Part shown: positions 61,002 to 64,000 of the stretch, one piece after another
Position numbering within the stretch: position 1 is the first letter of the stretch
Layout of the letters: each line of letters begins with the position of its first letter
The notes under the pieces: model-generated
The model's database searches: none
What the model was told of the DNA's origin: nothing
Seen by the model: the letters and a program-made list of their open reading frames with translations, nothing else
Translations under genes and position numbers: made by a program
Assembly (NCBI GenBank): GCA_028877215.1
Contig: JAPPFJ010000025.1
Span: 146,233 to 210,232 of the forward strand
DNA length: 64,000 nt
From: Gemmatimonadota bacterium
GTDB taxonomy: Bacteria > Latescibacterota > UBA2968 > GCA-2709665
Direction: 5' to 3'

Positions 61002-61052
61002 GTTGTTACCCATGCGAAGGTGAGGTAGACATTCATTAGTGGAGACAAAAAA

Positions 61053-62150
61053 GTGGAGCGCGAGATCCCGGAATGGGTGACATATCCGCGGGAGGAGTGG
61101 ATCGAGATTACACCTTCTGAAGCCGGGCTGGACGTAGAAAAGTTCGAACGCTTCCTGTCTGGCCTGGATATAAAGGGCGCGTCGTTTGGCGGTGAGGACC
61201 ACACAGGCAATAAATGGGGCACGGTACTCACGCGCGGCGGGTACCTGGTGCACGCCTGGGGCGATCGCCATTACCGGTTCCAGACGGCCTCGATGGGCAA
61301 GGCGTTCATGTGGGTGCTGATCGGGTTTGCGGTGGAGGAGGGGATGCTGGATCCGGATGAGCCGATCCACATGTCCTGGACGGGTGAAGGCGAACTGTCG
61401 CATCCACACAAATACCTGGACCGGGGCCACCACCGGACGCTTACGTGGCGCCATCTCATCGGTCCGAAGGCGAAGAGCGCGCACCAGGGGGGCTTTCCCA
61501 TGGAACTGGGAAGCGTGTGGTCGAAGGGGCCTGAGGGCCGCGCAAGGGCGGAACGCTGGTGGCCGGCGTGGGCGACCTGGACCGGGGATCCGTTCTACGA
61601 CCTCTACTCGCACGTCGAACCGGGTACGGAAGAGCATTATAGCAGCGCGGGGTTCTGGCGTCTGGGTCAGGCCCTGACCTGCGTTTGGGACCGGGACCTG
61701 AAAGAGGTGCTCGACGAGCGACTGTTCGGAAAAATCGGGATTCCGCCACAGCGGTGGGACTGGTACACGGGAAGGACGATGAGTGAAAGCAAGTACTTCT
61801 ATCCGGCCATTCCGGACTCGTACACGTATCTGGATCCGCCGTTTGAAATCAACGGCCGCGTGGTAAGAAGCGGTCCGGGCTGGGTGGTGATGAGCCCGAG
61901 TGACATCGCCCGCTTCGGTCATCTGCTGGCGACGCGGGGGCAATGGGAGGGCGAGCAGTTGGTCGATCCGGACTGGCTGCGGGGACACAGTGGGGGCAAC
62001 CGCTGCGGCGTCAGTGGAGAAAGCACGCATTACACGGCAATGGCGCAGGTCACCACCGATGGCTTCGACCACCCGCATTCGACTGTGACCACGAGCCTGC
62101 TGCCGGACGAGTTGTTTGCCGGCCCGGTTCAGGTTTCAGGTCAGCGGTAA
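61053..62150 (+). CDS. Serine hydrolase of the beta-lactamase/transpeptidase-like superfamily
   Basis: 365 aa, GTG start. SxxK motif in FQTASMGKAFMWVLIG, with the overall length and layout of class C-like esterases. Confidence 0.6.
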   Translation: MEREIPEWVTYPREEWIEITPSEAGLDVEKFERFLSGLDIKGASFGGEDHTGNKWGTVLTRGGYLVHAWGDRHYRFQTASMGKAFMWVLIGFAVEEGMLDPDEPIHMSWTGEGELSHPHKYLDRGHHRTLTWRHLIGPKAKSAHQGGFPMELGSVWSKGPEGRARAERWWPAWATWTGDPFYDLYSHVEPGTEEHYSSAGFWRLGQALTCVWDRDLKEVLDERLFGKIGIPPQRWDWYTGRTMSESKYFYPAIPDSYTYLDPPFEINGRVVRSGPGWVVMSPSDIARFGHLLATRGQWEGEQLVDPDWLRGHSGGNRCGVSGESTHYTAMAQVTTDGFDHPHSTVTTSLLPDELFAGPVQVSGQR

Positions 62151-62161
62151 GGTGGAACACA

Positions 62162-63340
62162 ATGGACGACGTGCGAATCGGGATCGCCGGTCTGGGCCAT
62201 CGCGGGCTGCACTGGATCCGTCTGTTGCAGGCGATCCCGGGCTACAGGATTACGGCGATCTACGACTGGATCGAGCCCCTTCAGGAGCGCGCGCTGGGGC
62301 ACATCGGCCGCCGCGGCGATGTAAGGGTGTTCTCAGATTACGAAGACTTCCTGACGTACGACGGGATGGACGCGGTCGGCCTGTGTGTGAGGCGGAAGGA
62401 AGTGGGGGAGATGGCGGCGCGTGCGCTGGAGGCAGGGAAGCACGTAAACTCGGAGGTACCCGCGGCGTATACGATGGCGGACTGCTGGCGGATCGTCACC
62501 GAGGTGGAGCGGACCGGACTGGTGTACAGCCTGGCCGAGCAAACGCGTTTCTGGGGTGTGATAGAGAGCTGGCGGCAGCTTGCGGCCGAGGGATGCCTGG
62601 GCAAGATCACCTATGCCGAGGGTCAGTACGTCGGGTGGTACGGCACCCACCAGTACTTCCAGGATTTCAAAACTGGAAGACAATATCCCATCGAGGCGCT
62701 GCCCGACCATCCCGAAGCCGAACCCACGGTGCTGCACTCACTTCCAGTGATAGTCGGAGGCATCGGTTCACACGATATGGACGTGGTGCTGACGGTCCTG
62801 GACGATCGGGTGGTGGAGGTGGTGGGGATGAGCACGAACGAGCCCAGCTACGCATGGCCCCGGATCTCACGCGCGGATATGCAGGTCGCGTTGATGAAGA
62901 CGGAGAAGGACACGGTGATCAGAATGCTGTGCGGGTTCACGCAGCCGAGGCCGCACGGCGACCACCACTGGTGGCAGTTCATCGGCACGAAGGGCAGCGT
63001 CGAGTGGCGTCGGTCGCTCAACGAAAAGCCGAAGATTTGGCTCGCCGATACGCAGATGAACGACTGGGCGGAAGTGGACTGGCAGTACCAGCGTACGGAT
63101 GCCCCGCCGGGCGCCCGGGGCAGCGGCCACGGCGATGCCGACTATTACGTCCACACGCATTTCAGGGACGCCGTACGCGAGGGAAAGCCGCTGCCGCTGG
63201 ACGTCTACCGGGCAATGGATACGACCGCACCCGCCATCCGGGCGCACGATTCGATTGTCCAGGGCGGCAAGCTCATGAAGGTCTCGGACTTCCGGCCGGG
63301 TCCGGATCGCAAAGCAGGGGAGTTGGCGGTGGGGGTGTGA
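62162..63340 (+). CDS. Gfo/Idh/MocA-family NAD(P)-dependent oxidoreductase
   Basis: In-frame ATG at 62162 within ORF 61943..63340. VRIGIAGLGHRG.HW, and GKHV.SEVPAA (EKP-like motif). Confidence 0.8.
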   Translation: MDDVRIGIAGLGHRGLHWIRLLQAIPGYRITAIYDWIEPLQERALGHIGRRGDVRVFSDYEDFLTYDGMDAVGLCVRRKEVGEMAARALEAGKHVNSEVPAAYTMADCWRIVTEVERTGLVYSLAEQTRFWGVIESWRQLAAEGCLGKITYAEGQYVGWYGTHQYFQDFKTGRQYPIEALPDHPEAEPTVLHSLPVIVGGIGSHDMDVVLTVLDDRVVEVVGMSTNEPSYAWPRISRADMQVALMKTEKDTVIRMLCGFTQPRPHGDHHWWQFIGTKGSVEWRRSLNEKPKIWLADTQMNDWAEVDWQYQRTDAPPGARGSGHGDADYYVHTHFRDAVREGKPLPLDVYRAMDTTAPAIRAHDSIVQGGKLMKVSDFRPGPDRKAGELAVGV

Positions 63341-63414
63341 GCGAATGTCCACCTATCGGAACGCGCCAACGAGGGTTTATACGGGCGTTTATCACGACCG
63401 CCAGGAGAAATGAG

Positions 63415-63867
63415 ATGTCGTGGAACTACAGGGTCATTCGGAAGCGTCATATCGAGACCGGCACCGTGACCTATCATATCCACGAGGTATATTATGGTGA
63501 GGATCAGGAAATAGAGCGGTGGACAAGAGATCCCGTGGAACCTCTGGGTGAAACGGCAACGGAACTGAGAGAAGACACAAGGTTTTTTCTCCAGGCGTAC
63601 CGCTTCCCGATACTCGAAGAAAAGGCTACAGCGGATGGACCAACCCTGGTGCCCGACGATTCGGAAAACGCAATCAATGACGGCCACTACTTCGAACTCA
63701 TGGATCGAGCGTCGGTCGCGGTGGACTATGTCAGTCAATTCGTCGGGAGTCATCCGGTCGTGAGAAAGGAGCGAAATCTTCGTGAGATCTATGAACGGGC
63801 GGAGGAGGCATTGGCCGAACTCTATCAACATGCGGGCGGGCTGGCGTTTGACAGAAGCAGCGAATAA
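63415..63867 (+). CDS. Hypothetical protein
   Basis: The ATG at 63415 lies 7 nt after AGGAGA. It forms the last 150 codons of the artefactual 583-aa ORF 62116..63867. It shows a coding-like composition change. I recognise no domain. Confidence 0.5.
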   Translation: MSWNYRVIRKRHIETGTVTYHIHEVYYGEDQEIERWTRDPVEPLGETATELREDTRFFLQAYRFPILEEKATADGPTLVPDDSENAINDGHYFELMDRASVAVDYVSQFVGSHPVVRKERNLREIYERAEEALAELYQHAGGLAFDRSSE

Positions 63868-63915
63868 GCGTGCGGATCGCCAATTTATCCTTTTCTCGGG
63901 GCAGTGGGCTTGATT

Positions 63916-63980
63916 AACTACGAAAGTCACGAAAAGACGTAAATCTGATGAACTACGAATGACACGAATAGACGCAAATG
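63916..63980 (+). repeat. Two imperfect 30-nt direct repeats, 35-nt period, in an AT-richer tail at the window edge
   Basis: AACTACGAAAGTCACGAAAAGACGTAAATC (63916-63945) against AACTACGAATGACACGAATAGACGCAAATG (63951-63980), 25 of 30 positions identical by hand alignment. Confidence 0.5.
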
Positions 63981-64000
63981 AAGGTCGGGCGGCACTGTCA

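Noticed and set aside
62116-63867. 583-aa ORF on the + strand spanning the Gfo/Idh/MocA gene and the following gene.
   Set aside because: - The first ~430 codons are an out-of-frame overlap of the oxidoreductase gene, with low-complexity R/G/P-rich translation.
- Only the last 150 codons, from the ATG at 63415 with an AGGAGA RBS, look like a real gene.
1-64000. CRISPR arrays, rRNA genes, tmRNA/RNase P/SRP RNA, transposases, integrases, reverse transcriptases and prophage genes.
   Set aside because: - Intergenic regions are short, and I inspected each one.
- The only periodic non-coding repeat is the two-copy unit at 63916-63980.
- No ORF shows the corresponding protein signatures.

Overview
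GC-rich 64 kb window that looks like dense bacterial chromosome from an uncultivated lineage. Nearly every gene is on the + strand; only a VapC/Phd toxin-antitoxin pair, two membrane-protein genes and hpt are on the - strand. I support 61 protein-coding genes, 1 pseudogene fragment, 4 tRNA genes (Arg-CCG, Pro-GGG, Pro-CGG, Gly-CCC) and several intrinsic terminators and candidate promoters. I saw no rRNA, CRISPR array, transposase, integrase or phage genes.

Gene content from start to end:
- A sugar-modification cluster: DegT aminotransferase, 2-hydroxyacid dehydrogenase, glycosyltransferase, enolase-superfamily enzyme, TIM-barrel isomerase and an SIS isomerase.
- An aminopeptidase-like protein, an alkyltransferase-like (ATL) protein, and a heterodimeric ABC exporter.
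- HU, a 29-codon bS22-like gene absent from the ORF track, tRNA-Arg, and a sigma-70 factor.
- mlaEFD followed by two secreted FG-GAP-like propeller paralogues, the first carrying four CxxCH motifs, then an AI-2E transporter.
- A DUF368 protein flanked by two tRNA-Pro genes, a secreted CBM9-like protein, a PP2C remnant, lexA, and a large propeller protein.
- A rhodanese, an ABC-2 transporter, vapC/phd, and an RsmC-like methyltransferase.
- A molybdenum-hydroxylase operon with two tandem large subunits plus a MoaD-like protein ending GG-R.
- ychF, folE, a six-blade Kelch-like propeller, class I aldolase, and PBP1A.
- A tight DUF3500-rtcB-COG0523 GTPase-archease-mobA block.
- DCoH-like, glutaredoxin-like, UDG, hpt, heparinase II/III-like and class III aminotransferase genes, then mutL, miaA, tRNA-Gly, a serine hydrolase, a Gfo/Idh/MocA oxidoreductase and a hypothetical protein.

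The items most worth follow-up are:
- the Mla-linked propeller/tetraheme pair;
- the RtcB-COG0523-archease operon;
- the duplicated Mo-hydroxylase large subunits with the GG-R MoaD-like protein;
- the hidden bS22-like gene;
- the palindrome in the lexA promoter.

All functional calls rest on motif recognition by eye. No database search was run.
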